Part shown: positions 19,558-29,146 of the stretch, in pieces
How positions within the stretch are numbered: position 1 is the stretch's first letter
Layout: every line of letters starts with the position of its first letter
Translations under genes and position numbers: made by a program
Notes under the pieces: generated by a model
Databases searched by the model: none
Told to the model about the DNA's origin: nothing
Seen by the model: the letters and a program-made list of their open reading frames with translations, nothing else
Assembly (NCBI GenBank): GCA_002238785.1
Contig: MPNA01000009.1
Location: 8,189-72,188, forward strand
Length of the DNA stretch: 64,000 bases
Direction of reading: 5' to 3'
Source: a bacterium OM1 bin76
GTDB taxonomy: Bacteria; Actinomycetota; Acidimicrobiia; Spongiisociales; ZC4RG35

Positions 19558-19581
19558 GAGGCCACCCCACCGGGTGGCCTC
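19558..19581 (+). terminator. GC-rich hairpin (gaggccaccc-cacc-gggtggcctc) downstream of the transporter operon
   Basis: Perfect 10-bp inverted repeat with a 4-nt loop, 30 nt after the SBP stop. No U-tract, which is common in high-GC actinobacteria. Confidence 0.5.
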
Positions 19582-19984
19582 ACTCGTTGCCCGGCCAATC
19601 ACGGCAGATGACGTTCCATAGGGTGATGTTTTGCCATCCGGGACGGCGGGGACCTCCCGGTAAACTCGGATAGAGCGAGAGGAGAAGGTTGGCGGGAGTC
19701 AAAAAGCAAAGAAGGCGCTATGCCGTGGGATGGTTGGGGCTTGCGGTGTTCCTCATCGTTGCCGAGGAGGCGGCTGACATCGAATTCCTGGGGGAGGCGC
19801 TGCTCGGTCTGGTGTGCATCGTCCTGATCGCCACCTCGGTTGGTGAGAGTCCCAGGGCCGCAACGGAGGTGCCGGCCGAGGATGCTGACGCCGCGAGGAT
19901 GATGGGTACGCCATCGCTCTGAGTGCTCGCCGGCAGTCACGGTTAGAGGTTGGGAAGGGCCTTTCATGGGCAGGCGGTTGAGTC

Positions 19985-20872
19985 TTGTTTGAGGGTCTAT
20001 CACAGGAGAAGGCTGTCCTCGTAGCGGATGGGGCCATGGGCACGACACTGTTCGAATTGGGGCTGGAGAGGGGAGATTCTCCGGAGAGGTTGAACGTGGA
20101 GAAACCGGAGATGATCGCCCAAGTCCACCGCAACTTTGTGAAGGCGGGAGCGGACCTGATTCTGACCAACACTTTCGGGGGCAACCGCAGGCGCATGTCT
20201 CTTCACCGGATGGAAGATCGGGTGGGGGAGTTCAACCGGGCTGGGGTGAGCATCGCAAAGAGGATTGCTGAAGAGGCGGAGAGGCCGGTGGTCGTCGCTG
20301 CCAGTGTGGGTCCAACGGGGGACCTGTTCGCACCGCTGGGTCTGTTGAGCCATGCCGAAGGTGTGGAGGTCTTCTCCGAACAGATGGAATCCCTGGTTGC
20401 GGCCGGAGCCGACATTCTCTGGATCGAGACGTTGTCCGCGTGGGAGGAGATCGCGGCCGCCACCGAAGCAGCCTCTGATCTCGCCACTCCCCATGCCGTG
20501 ACTCTGAGTTTTGACACCAACGGTCGAACCATGATGGGACTGCGACCCTCCGATTTCGGTAAATGGTGGACCGAACTGCCTCCAGACCGTCGACCGGTCG
20601 CCCTGGGGGCCAACTGCGGAACAGGTTTGCAGGAGGCATTGACCGCGGCGGCCGCCATCAAGGAAGCGGCGGCCGAGGCGACGGTCATCGTCAAATCGAA
20701 CTGCGGGATTCCCGTCTTCAGGGAAGGAGGGCTGAACTACCCGGAGGGTCCCGAGCAAATGGGCGACTACGCCCGCCAGGCACTGGAGGCCGGATGCAGC
20801 ATCATTGGGGCGTGCTGCGGTTCGACCCCACCTCACGTCAAAGCCATCCGAGCAGCATTGGATGGCGCCTGA
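19985..20872 (+). CDS. Homocysteine S-methyltransferase family protein (betaine--homocysteine S-methyltransferase-like)
   Basis: Pfam S-methyl_trans-like features: ADGAMGT, LILTNTFG, zinc-binding GANCG and GACCG cysteines. Putative TTG start at 19985. Confidence 0.75.
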   Translation: MFEGLSQEKAVLVADGAMGTTLFELGLERGDSPERLNVEKPEMIAQVHRNFVKAGADLILTNTFGGNRRRMSLHRMEDRVGEFNRAGVSIAKRIAEEAERPVVVAASVGPTGDLFAPLGLLSHAEGVEVFSEQMESLVAAGADILWIETLSAWEEIAAATEAASDLATPHAVTLSFDTNGRTMMGLRPSDFGKWWTELPPDRRPVALGANCGTGLQEALTAAAAIKEAAAEATVIVKSNCGIPVFREGGLNYPEGPEQMGDYARQALEAGCSIIGACCGSTPPHVKAIRAALDGA

Positions 20873-20876
20873 TCAC

Positions 20877-21926
20877 CTACTCCAGGGGTGTTTCATGGCA
20901 AAGGACGGTGGCCCGTCTGGCGTCAAAGACCCGGGGCTCGGAATGGAAACCGGTTCCTGGCCGGTCGGTCTCCAGGAACGCCACTATTGCGTCGGCGGTT
21001 GCTGCGGCAGCCACATTCAGGTACTCCTCAGTGGCGAACAATCGTGCCTCGGCGGGATTGGCGAGGTAGCCGTACTCCACCAGAACAGTGGTGGTGTCGG
21101 GCAGTCGCAGGATCCGGTAGAGGTCGTATCCCGAAGGATGCAGCACTCTTGACACACCGGTGAACCGGGTGCCGCTCCAGGAGATGTCGAACGCGCTGTC
21201 CAGGGCATGGGAGACCTCCTCGTAGAGCAGACCGCCCAACCGGGTCGAGGATGGGGAGTCCGACTGGACATAGACTTCGGTGCCCGGGGACCTTCGCGAG
21301 TAGTAGAGCGGGGCATTGTGATGCAACGACAGCATGACTTCGGCGCCCAGGATGTCCGCCAAGTCGGCTCGCATCGCGAACGAGGTCCCGTAATCGCCGG
21401 TGCGGGTCAGGACGGTGGAAACCCCCCGGGCCTCGAGTTCGCTTTGGATTGCGAAGCCCAGGGCCAGGTTGAGGTCTCCTTCCACCAGGCCGTTGTAACC
21501 CCAAGCGCCGGTGTTGTGGCGGCCCCCGTGCCCGGGGTCGATCACCACCCGGGCTGACCAGACCGGCTCCCCGTCACTCACCTCCACGATGTTGTCGCAG
21601 GGCGAACGCACCAGATATCCGCTTGACGCTAGTCCCGCCACTATGACCGGGACGCCGGTGGGAGTTATCAGGACCCTCGGCAGAGGGATGGGGGGAGGCA
21701 ACGGGGGAAGCGTCCAGGGTTTGTCACCCAAACCCATTGTGGAGACGTGGAGGGGCGCCGTCAACTCTGCGGCGATGGCGCCCGTTGCCGTTTCCGCTTG
21801 TCCCGGGCGTCCGGGGGGTTCGCGGTCCATCACCACCACAATGGCTGCCATCAGGAGCATCACCGCCAGTGCGGTGGCGGTCCCCAATCTCACAGCCGGA
21901 ATCCTGTTGGGGTCGACGGATTGCAT
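20877..21926 (-). CDS. N-acetylmuramoyl-L-alanine amidase (Amidase_3 family) with an N-terminal membrane anchor
   Basis: Amidase_3 motif VVIDPGHGG, a second motif SLHHNA, N-terminal TM helix. Confidence 0.8.
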   Translation of the reverse strand: MQSVDPNRIPAVRLGTATALAVMLLMAAIVVVMDREPPGRPGQAETATGAIAAELTAPLHVSTMGLGDKPWTLPPLPPPIPLPRVLITPTGVPVIVAGLASSGYLVRSPCDNIVEVSDGEPVWSARVVIDPGHGGRHNTGAWGYNGLVEGDLNLALGFAIQSELEARGVSTVLTRTGDYGTSFAMRADLADILGAEVMLSLHHNAPLYYSRRSPGTEVYVQSDSPSSTRLGGLLYEEVSHALDSAFDISWSGTRFTGVSRVLHPSGYDLYRILRLPDTTTVLVEYGYLANPAEARLFATEEYLNVAAAATADAIVAFLETDRPGTGFHSEPRVFDARRATVLCHETPLE

Positions 21927-22101
21927 CTTGGTTCGCTGTCTAGAGGTGTTTGGGCGAGGATGTTAGGGGTCCATCCTACGGGAGCCGTTCCTTTCCCCTG
22001 CGAGGTGTTGCCCCGCAGTTCTTAGTCGAGTCCCATCGCCGGCAAATCCTCCTTCGACCTCGGCTGGTGTCTCCCAGGAGTCGTAGGACGCAAATGCCCA
22101 C

Positions 22102-22245
22102 GCACTATTCGAGGGGTGTTTCCGGCTGGTCGGTCTCCAGGAACGCCACCATGGCGTCGGCGGTTGCTGCGGCTGCCACCTCCACGTAACCGGATGTGGC
22201 GAACAACCTTGCCTCGGCGGCGCGGGGTCGGAATCGGTGAATTGT
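22102..22245 (-). pseudogene. Remnant C-terminal fragment of a paralogous amidase gene
   Basis: About 100 nt at 22124-22225 is about 80% identical to 20958-21059, the 3' end of the amidase gene. On the minus strand it encodes ...AEARLFATSGYVEVAAAATADAMVAFLETDQPETPLE*, compared with ...AEARLFATEEYLNVAAAATADAIVAFLETDRPG...ETPLE* in the intact gene. Confidence 0.5.
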
Positions 22246-22270
22246 CATACCGGGTTCATACACTGCCCTT

Positions 22271-25264
22271 ATGCGGTTTGTGGTCTTCGACTTGGAAGCG
22301 AACGCCGACCACCCACGCGCCGAGGATCAGGAGGTCATCGAGATCGGCGCCCTCATGGTGGAGGACGGAGCGGTGGTGGACGAATTCACCAGTCTGGTGG
22401 CGCCCACCCCGGGTCGTCCTTTGGCGCCCCTGACGGTTGAATTGACGGGTCTGACCGTCGAATCACTGGAGGGCGCACCCTCCCGGAGGCCCGCCTTGCA
22501 GGGGTTCGCGGAATTCTGTGGTGGCTTGCCTCTGGTGGCCCACAATGGCAGCACCTACGACTTCCCGTTGCTCGACGCCGAATTGGAACGAGCGGGGCTG
22601 CCCGTTCCGTGGGGTGAACGACTGGACACCCTGGAGTTGGCCCATGTGGTGTTCCCCCGGGCAGGGAGGGAGTCCACCTCCGACATGTGGGGCAAGACTC
22701 CACCCCGGTCTCGTCGCCTGACCGATCTGGCCGATCACTACCGAGGCGGTGAGACCGCGGAGCCTGCCCACCGAGCCCTATCCGATGCGCGGAGGGCATG
22801 GGAGGTGATGGAAGGCCTGCTCGAAGACTTGAACCGAGACCAGGCTGCCCGCAGGGCCCAACGGTGGGTTCTGGAGGTCACGGGACATCCTTGGGCGTCG
22901 TTCTGCCGGCCCGATGTGAGCAACCTGGTGGGTTCATACCGGCCTGATCTGGTGGAGATAATCCCATTGCCCGTCCCCGACGGCACGGACGACTCTGAGG
23001 CTGACCCGTGGGACGAGGTGGATTGGGCTGAGGAGACCCAGAGGGAGCAGATCGATCTGGATGAGTTGGTTGACCCGCTCGGTTCGGAGGGGGAGTTGAT
23101 CACCGATGGGATGGAGCACCGGCCCTCGCAGGAGGAGATGGCTCGGCAGGTGGCCGCGGCTCTCGCCGAATCCGGGCGCCTGATGGTGGAGGCGCCGACG
23201 GGAACCGGCAAGACCCTCGCCTATCTGGTCCCAGCCTGCCGGTTGGCCGGCGCCTGGGACTCCCAGGTACTGGTTTCCACCTACACCAAGGCCCTCCAAG
23301 ACCAGGTCTGCAGGACGCTGTCGGACATCTCCGACCGCTTGGGGCCGGTTGAGTGGACTGTGCTGAAGGGCCTGAGCAATTACTTGTCGGTGAACGCCCT
23401 GGCTGAGGAGTTGAACCTGGTCAATCCTCTCGAAGCGGGTCGATTGCGAGATAATCCTCTCTTCGGGGACCGCAGCGATGAGCCGTCCTACGATCATCAT
23501 CTGGGTTTGGCATTGGCCATGGTGCTGGGCTGGGCGGCGGAGACTCCCACCGGAGAGTGGGATGATCTTCGCTACGGGTGGCTTGGGAGATACAACCCCC
23601 AGATGTACCGGCTGAGGTCCCGACTCTCCATGACCGAGACCCCAGGTCGGGCTCGAAGCGACCTGGAGAGGCGGTGCTTCTTCGTCCGTGCCCTGCGGCG
23701 GGTGGCCGAAGCCCAGATCGTGGTGGCCAATCACTCCCTGATGCTGCTTCGGGACCAGATGACGGATCACAGTCCTCATCTGGTAGTCGACGAGGCGCAC
23801 GAGTTGGAAGCGGCGGCACGGTCCGCGTTCACCGGTACGGTCAGCGAACGCGGACTTTGGCGCTTGCTCCATTCGGTGTACAGCTCCAAGACCTCTGGAA
23901 GTCTGCTCCACCGGTATCTGCGTTCCCTGCCGGCCGGCCGAGCCCGGGACCGGGGTCAGGCGGGGGCCGAGCAGGTAATCCGGTCCTGGCGACGCTGCCG
24001 GCCGCACATTGACGAGGTGCGCGCCATCCTGGTGGATTACTTCGAAAGCACTCGCAATTGGTCGGTCAACTGGGATGGGGCGCCGTTTTCTTCGAGAATC
24101 ACCCGGGTCGACCTCAACCGCTTGAGTTGGGGAACAGTCACCCAGGCGCTTCAAGGGCTGGCCGAGGCCGTTTCCCACCTGGGCGGCACTATCGAATCCC
24201 TTCCGGTGCCGGACCGGCTGTCGGGCGATCGGCCTGCCAAGGAGCTCAAGCGTCGTATCACCCAGGCCAGCGGCGACGCCAAGACGATCGCGGAGCTTTC
24301 CTTCCAGTTGGCCAACATCGATCCGGACAAACTGCTGGAAGCGGCTTTCGTCTGCGACCTGGAGTTGCGGGAAGGGGAGTGGAACTGGGGGCTCAGCGCG
24401 GTCCCCTTGGATGTGAATACCCGGTTGGAGGCAATCTGGGAGGAGAAGGAATCGGTGGTGATGACGTCCGCCACGCTCACTGTCTCCGGGTCATTTGACT
24501 ACATCGCCACCGGATTGGGATTCGAGGGCGGTCGAAGGGTGCTGCTGGACAGTCCCTTCTCCGATCTTCCCAGACAGATGCTGGTGGTAATCCCCGGGTA
24601 CCTTCCCAGTCCCAGCGGTTCCAGCCTGGAAGAGTTCGCCCGGTTGGCGCCCGAGGAGATGGCCCGCCTGTTCGAAGTCAGCCGGGGGCGGGCGCTGGTG
24701 CTGTTCACTGCCAACCGGAGGATGGAACAGGCTGCGGCGTACCTCAAGGACCGGCTCTATGGGGAGTACGCCGTGCTCTGCCAGGGAGAGGGGTCGGCGC
24801 CGGAGTTGACCGAGAGTTTCCGCAATCCCTCCCAACCCACCTGCCTGCTGGGGAGCGGCACTTTCTGGCAGGGCATCGACGTGCCCGGCGAGGCGTTGAG
24901 TCTGCTGGTGATGGAGAAACTCCCGTTCAACTCACCGCAGGATCCGGTGGTGGCTGCCCGCCAAGAGGTGATTGCCCGCCGCGGCGGAAACCCTTTCGAC
25001 GACTACCTCCTGCCTGAGGCGGTCCTGGGGTTCCGCCAGGGGGCGGGACGGCTGATCCGCTCCCCCAACGACAAAGGGGTGTTGATAGTTCTGGACAAGC
25101 GGTTGGGGTTCGCCCGCTACGCCTCATCCTTTCTGGACAGTCTCACCGGGTCGCCCCCGGTGTTGAAGGCGGCCAGCCCTGTCCAGTGCTATCGCGCCAT
25201 CGCCCGGCACCTGGGTACCGAATCGGAAGCGATCAGATCGGGCGCCGCCGCCGCGAGGAGATGA
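22271..25264 (+). CDS. dinG: ATP-dependent helicase DinG with an N-terminal DnaQ-like 3'-5' exonuclease domain
   Basis: DEDDh exonuclease motifs (VVFDLEAN..., HRALSDA), then SF2 DinG/Rad3-family helicase motifs (APTGTGKT, DEAHEL, Fe-S-less Gram-positive DinG-type layout). Confidence 0.85.
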   Translation: MRFVVFDLEANADHPRAEDQEVIEIGALMVEDGAVVDEFTSLVAPTPGRPLAPLTVELTGLTVESLEGAPSRRPALQGFAEFCGGLPLVAHNGSTYDFPLLDAELERAGLPVPWGERLDTLELAHVVFPRAGRESTSDMWGKTPPRSRRLTDLADHYRGGETAEPAHRALSDARRAWEVMEGLLEDLNRDQAARRAQRWVLEVTGHPWASFCRPDVSNLVGSYRPDLVEIIPLPVPDGTDDSEADPWDEVDWAEETQREQIDLDELVDPLGSEGELITDGMEHRPSQEEMARQVAAALAESGRLMVEAPTGTGKTLAYLVPACRLAGAWDSQVLVSTYTKALQDQVCRTLSDISDRLGPVEWTVLKGLSNYLSVNALAEELNLVNPLEAGRLRDNPLFGDRSDEPSYDHHLGLALAMVLGWAAETPTGEWDDLRYGWLGRYNPQMYRLRSRLSMTETPGRARSDLERRCFFVRALRRVAEAQIVVANHSLMLLRDQMTDHSPHLVVDEAHELEAAARSAFTGTVSERGLWRLLHSVYSSKTSGSLLHRYLRSLPAGRARDRGQAGAEQVIRSWRRCRPHIDEVRAILVDYFESTRNWSVNWDGAPFSSRITRVDLNRLSWGTVTQALQGLAEAVSHLGGTIESLPVPDRLSGDRPAKELKRRITQASGDAKTIAELSFQLANIDPDKLLEAAFVCDLELREGEWNWGLSAVPLDVNTRLEAIWEEKESVVMTSATLTVSGSFDYIATGLGFEGGRRVLLDSPFSDLPRQMLVVIPGYLPSPSGSSLEEFARLAPEEMARLFEVSRGRALVLFTANRRMEQAAAYLKDRLYGEYAVLCQGEGSAPELTESFRNPSQPTCLLGSGTFWQGIDVPGEALSLLVMEKLPFNSPQDPVVAARQEVIARRGGNPFDDYLLPEAVLGFRQGAGRLIRSPNDKGVLIVLDKRLGFARYASSFLDSLTGSPPVLKAASPVQCYRAIARHLGTESEAIRSGAAAARR

Positions 25265-25715
25265 AGCCGGTATTGAAACCGGCGGCGTGCAGACCGCCGG
25301 CAAAGCGGGCGTGCTCGATTTTCAGGCAACGGTCCTGGACGACTTGCAACCCTGCTTCCCGGGCCCGGGCGGCAGCACCCTCGTGCCGCAGGCCCAGTTG
25401 GAACCACACCACCTTGGCGCCCATTTCGATGGCTTCTTCCACCACTCCGGGGAGATGCTCGGGGCGACGGAACACGTCTACGATGTCGGGAGGCTCGGGG
25501 AGGTCGGCCAGGGTGGGAAAGGTGGGGATCCCCAGTATCTCGGAGTAGACCGGGTTTACCGGGAGGACCTGATAAGGGGTCCGCACCAGGTAGGTGGCCA
25601 CGAAGTTGGAGGACCGCAGCGGGTTGGCGGAGACCCCCACCAAGGCCACAGTGCGTGCTCGCCGCAGTATCCCCAGCCGTTCGGTGGCGGTGGCGTCGTG
25701 GGAACGATCAGACAC
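25233..25715 (-). CDS. CoA-binding domain protein (YccU/CoA_binding_2 family)
   Basis: TVALVGVSANPLRSSN ... VVWFQLG. The 3' end overlaps the dinG 3' end by about 30 nt (convergent). Confidence 0.65.
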   Translation of the reverse strand: MSDRSHDATATERLGILRRARTVALVGVSANPLRSSNFVATYLVRTPYQVLPVNPVYSEILGIPTFPTLADLPEPPDIVDVFRRPEHLPGVVEEAIEMGAKVVWFQLGLRHEGAAARAREAGLQVVQDRCLKIEHARFAGGLHAAGFNTGFISSRRRRPI

Positions 25716-27003
25716 GGGCCGCCTCCGCGAGGGCGCCGTCCAGGTCTGCCAGTATGTCCACGATGTCCTCCAGTCCCACCGAGATGCGAATGGTATCGTC
25801 TCCCACCCCCGCCGCCGCCCGGGCCTCGGGGGAGACCTGCTGGTGGGTGGTGGAGGCGGGGTGGATCACCAAGGTCTTGGCGTCTCCCACATTGGCGAGG
25901 TGACTGGCGAGCCGGATCGATTCGATGAATCTCACTCCCGCTTCGAATCCCTTCTTGAGGCCGAAGGTGAACACCGCACCCGGGCCGGCCGGGGTGTACT
26001 TCTCCACCAGGTCCCTGCCGGGGCTGTCAGGAAAGATCGGGTAGCTCACCCAGGAGACGGCCGGGTGTTCGTACAGGAACACCGCCACCTCCCGGGCGTT
26101 TTGTATGTGACGCTCCATTCGCAGGGGGAGCGTCTCCAGTCCCATCAGCAGGAGAAAGGAGTTGAAGGGGGAGATGGCCGCTCCCACATCGCGCAACAAT
26201 TCGGCCCGGGCCTTGGTGAGATAGGCGTACTCACGAAAGTTCTCCCAGAAACGGAGCCCGTGGTAGGCGGGAGAAGGGTCGGTCATCACCCCGAAACGTC
26301 CGCTGTCCCAGGGAAACAGGCCGGACTCCACGATCGCCCCGGCGATCACCACACCGTGGCCGCCGATGAACTTGGTGGCGGAATGGACTACGATGTCCGC
26401 CCCCCATTCGAAGGGTCGGCACAGCCACGGAGACGCGAAGGTGTTGTCGATCATCAGCGGGATTCCGTGGGAGTGGGCAAGATCGGCGATCGCCTCCAGG
26501 TCGAGTACATCTCCCCGGGGGTTTCCGATCGTCTCTCCGTAAACCAACTTGGTGCGGGGGGTGATGGCCTCCTCGATGTTCTCGAGGCGTGAGGCGTCCA
26601 CGAAGGTGGTGTGGATTCCCATCCGCCGCAGGGTCACGTCGAATTGCGTGATGGTCCCGCCGTACAGGTTGCGGGCAGCCACGATCTCATCCCCTTCCTG
26701 GCAGAGGGTGAGCACCGCCACCAACTGGGCAGCCTGTCCCGAAGCGGTGGCTAAGCCACCCAGGCCCCCTTCCAGGGAAGCCAGGCGCTCCTCGAAGGCG
26801 GCGGTGGTGGGGTTGCTGATCCTGGTGTAGATATCACCGTAGTTCTGGAGCGCGAACAGGTCGGCGGCCGACTGAGCGTCTTCGAAGACAAAGGAACTGG
26901 TGGCGTAGATGGGCATTGCCCGGGCGCCCGTCTCGGGATCGGGCGGTTGTCCGGCGTGGATGGCCCGGGTGGAGAAGCCTGCTGACTCTTCGTTAAAAAC
27001 CAC
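25708..27003 (-). CDS. metY: O-acetylhomoserine aminocarboxypropyltransferase / sulfhydrylase
   Basis: Cys/Met-metabolism PLP enzyme: lysine pocket SATKFIGGHG, NPRGDVLD. GTG start at 27003. Confidence 0.85.
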   Translation of the reverse strand: MVFNEESAGFSTRAIHAGQPPDPETGARAMPIYATSSFVFEDAQSAADLFALQNYGDIYTRISNPTTAAFEERLASLEGGLGGLATASGQAAQLVAVLTLCQEGDEIVAARNLYGGTITQFDVTLRRMGIHTTFVDASRLENIEEAITPRTKLVYGETIGNPRGDVLDLEAIADLAHSHGIPLMIDNTFASPWLCRPFEWGADIVVHSATKFIGGHGVVIAGAIVESGLFPWDSGRFGVMTDPSPAYHGLRFWENFREYAYLTKARAELLRDVGAAISPFNSFLLLMGLETLPLRMERHIQNAREVAVFLYEHPAVSWVSYPIFPDSPGRDLVEKYTPAGPGAVFTFGLKKGFEAGVRFIESIRLASHLANVGDAKTLVIHPASTTHQQVSPEARAAAGVGDDTIRISVGLEDIVDILADLDGALAEAARV

Positions 27004-27206
27004 AGGCCGGAGTCTAGGGATACCCTTGCTCCGGCCTGCAGCGTATCGGAGGGTTGTCCTTACTGTCCGTTCTGACCGGTGGCGATCGGAATCTTGCGGG
27101 GCCGAGATGAGGCCGCCACCGGGATGGTGAGAGTCAGGACTCCATTGGTATAGGAACTGGTCGTCTCGGAGATGTCGAGATCATTGCCGATCACGAACTT
27201 GCGGCG
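26997..27206. repeat. Direct repeat copy 1 (about 210 bp), paired with 29201-29410. Includes a terminator hairpin at 27003-27038.
   Basis: Near-identical to 29201-29410 at an offset of 2204 bp. It is identical over the about 125 nt covering the hsp20 3' coding part, with several mismatches in the last codons and the 3' UTR hairpin (caggccggag...ctccggcctg). Confidence 0.85.
27060..27206 (-). pseudogene. Truncated 3' fragment of a small heat-shock protein (Hsp20) gene inside repeat copy 1
   Basis: Minus-strand translation gives ...FRRKFVIGNDLDISETTSSYTNGVLTLTIPVAASSRPRKIPIATGQNGQ*, the same C-terminus as the intact Hsp20 at 29264-29653. There is no upstream continuation. Confidence 0.7.
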
Positions 27207-27374
27207 AAATCTGACATATCCACCGATATTTGGACGAAAGCCCTGCCGGCTGCACCGACTTCATCCCGGCCTTGTTGCAGCAGACCCCTCCAGCAGAACT
27301 CTGGGCGGCTAAAGGGCTGGGCTTTCGTTACTCTATGGGGGTATTGGCTAGCAAGGCAGGGGAGAGTTTTAGGA

Positions 27375-28505
27375 GTGACTGCCGGAAGAGAACTGCACCT
27401 TCCTGATCTTGCGATCGAGGGTTTCCGCGGTATCGACGAACTCGCGATTCCCCGCCTGGGACGCGTAAACCTGATCACCGGACCGAACGCCGTGGGCAAG
27501 ACCACGGTCTTGGACGCGGTGCGCATTTACGCTTCCCGAAGCGACGATCGGGTGCTGTCCGACCTCCTGACTGTGCGGGAGGAACTATCTGCCGGCACAG
27601 ACGAAGAGGGTGTTCCATGGCGCGAGCCGGATTGGTCCGCCCTCTTCCATGGTCGACAGATTTCAGCAGGTACCCCCATAACGGTTCGATCCGGTGGCGA
27701 CCAACTCATTGTCCAAGAGCACTACGCCAACCGTGAAGAGGCATCACACATCAGTCAACTCTATTTCGAATTCGGTGTGAGTGACCACATTAGGGTGCTG
27801 ACAGTCACATTCCGAGGTCAACAGTGGACGTTGCCATGCTTGATTGAACCCGATGTGGATTTCGCTGGTCGGCGGGACTGGAGAAGACGGCGCAGATTCG
27901 GGTCGGATGACTCACTTCCATCGAAACTCACCTGCGAGTCGCTGGGTCCTGGCGCTTTGACTAATACACAGTTGGCTCGGTTCTGGGACGAAGTTGCATT
28001 GACTGACCACGAAGATCGGGCTACCCGCGCCTTGAGCTTGGTGCTGGGAGATACTGTGGACCGTGTCACTATGGTCGGCGATAATGGCCCGAATCGCAGG
28101 GGCGGTGGACGCCGGGTTGTGGTAAAACTGCGAGGTTTCCGAGGGCGGGTCCCACTCAAGAGTCTCGGTGATGGCGCCTTGCGCATGTTTGGCGTTGCAT
28201 TGGCATTATCCAACAGCAGGAACGGGCTCTTGCTCGTGGACGAGGCAGAGAACGGAATCCATCACTCCGTCCAACCAGACTATTGGCACATGGTCTTCCG
28301 CACTGCTTTTGAGAACAACGTTCAGGTTCTGGCGACTACGCATAGCTGGGACTGCGTCACGGGTTTTGCCAAGGCTGCGGCAGCGAACGAGGATGTTGAA
28401 GGTGTCCTTGTCCGTCTCGATAAGGTCGGCGAGAGTATCCAGGTCGTCCATTACCCGGAGGAAGAGGTTAGGGTCGCCGCCGAGCAGGGCATTGAGGTCA
28501 GGTAG
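27375..28505 (+). CDS. ABC-type AAA ATPase (AAA_21/AAA_15-like; OLD-family/PARIS AriA/AbiLi-like ATPase component)
   Basis: Walker A GPNAVGKTT, ABC signature-like SLGDGALRMF, Walker B LLLVDEAENGIHH, H-loop ATTHS. Lower GC3 than its neighbours. Confidence 0.8.
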   Translation: MTAGRELHLPDLAIEGFRGIDELAIPRLGRVNLITGPNAVGKTTVLDAVRIYASRSDDRVLSDLLTVREELSAGTDEEGVPWREPDWSALFHGRQISAGTPITVRSGGDQLIVQEHYANREEASHISQLYFEFGVSDHIRVLTVTFRGQQWTLPCLIEPDVDFAGRRDWRRRRRFGSDDSLPSKLTCESLGPGALTNTQLARFWDEVALTDHEDRATRALSLVLGDTVDRVTMVGDNGPNRRGGGRRVVVKLRGFRGRVPLKSLGDGALRMFGVALALSNSRNGLLLVDEAENGIHHSVQPDYWHMVFRTAFENNVQVLATTHSWDCVTGFAKAAAANEDVEGVLVRLDKVGESIQVVHYPEEEVRVAAEQGIEVR

Positions 28506-28507
28506 AT

Positions 28508-29146
28508 TTGCCCACTCCTGGTGCGTCGGGGCAAGTTTTGCTGGTCGAGGGCCAAGACGATAAGCACGTCGTCAAGCATCTTTGCCGCGCCACAGGATCA
28601 ATGCCGGATTTCAACATCGAGGTTAAGGGTGGTCTGTACAACCTTCTCAGCGCCATTCCAGTGGAGGTCAAAGCTCCCGGTCGGAAGACTGTTGGAATCA
28701 TGGTTGATGCCAATGATGATCAACAGGCCCGATGGCAAGCGCTAGCGGACCGGTTAGGGAAGGTGGATGTCGCGCTTCCAGGCGATCTCGCTCCCAGTTG
28801 GACAATCATTGAGGGAAGCCACGAAGTCAATCGTCCCCGCATCGGGGTGTGGCTCATGCCTGACAACGTGTCGCCTGGCGAGTTGGAGGACTTCATTGCA
28901 GGCATGATTCCACAGGACGATCCTGTGTGGCCATTGTCTTGTGAATATATTGACGGTATCCCCGAGCCTCGCAAATTCAGCGAGAAAAAGGTCCGGAGGG
29001 CTGAAGTTCACGCCTGGCTGGCCACCCGCAGGGAACCGCGGCGGATGGGGGAGGCGATAAGGACACAAGACTTGGATGTGGGGGAGGACACCTGCAGGAG
29101 GCTTGTGGAATGGCTCCGTCAACTCTTCACGGATCCAGGTTCGTGA
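28508..29146 (+). CDS. Small TOPRIM-like protein (DUF4276/DUF4435-like partner of the ATPase; split OLD-family nuclease component)
   Basis: N-terminal VLLVEGQDDKHVV (TOPRIM catalytic Glu) and IMVDANDD (DxD metal site). TTG start 2 nt after the ATPase stop. 212 aa. Confidence 0.6.
   Translation: MPTPGASGQVLLVEGQDDKHVVKHLCRATGSMPDFNIEVKGGLYNLLSAIPVEVKAPGRKTVGIMVDANDDQQARWQALADRLGKVDVALPGDLAPSWTIIEGSHEVNRPRIGVWLMPDNVSPGELEDFIAGMIPQDDPVWPLSCEYIDGIPEPRKFSEKKVRRAEVHAWLATRREPRRMGEAIRTQDLDVGEDTCRRLVEWLRQLFTDPGS

Noticed and set aside
27375-29146. ATPase plus small-protein pair as a toxin-antitoxin or an ABC transporter fragment
   Set aside because: There is no permease or SBP partner. The ATPase has the SMC/AAA_21-like signature with H-loop ATTHS, and the partner carries TOPRIM Glu/DxD motifs. 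That fits OLD-like nuclease systems better.
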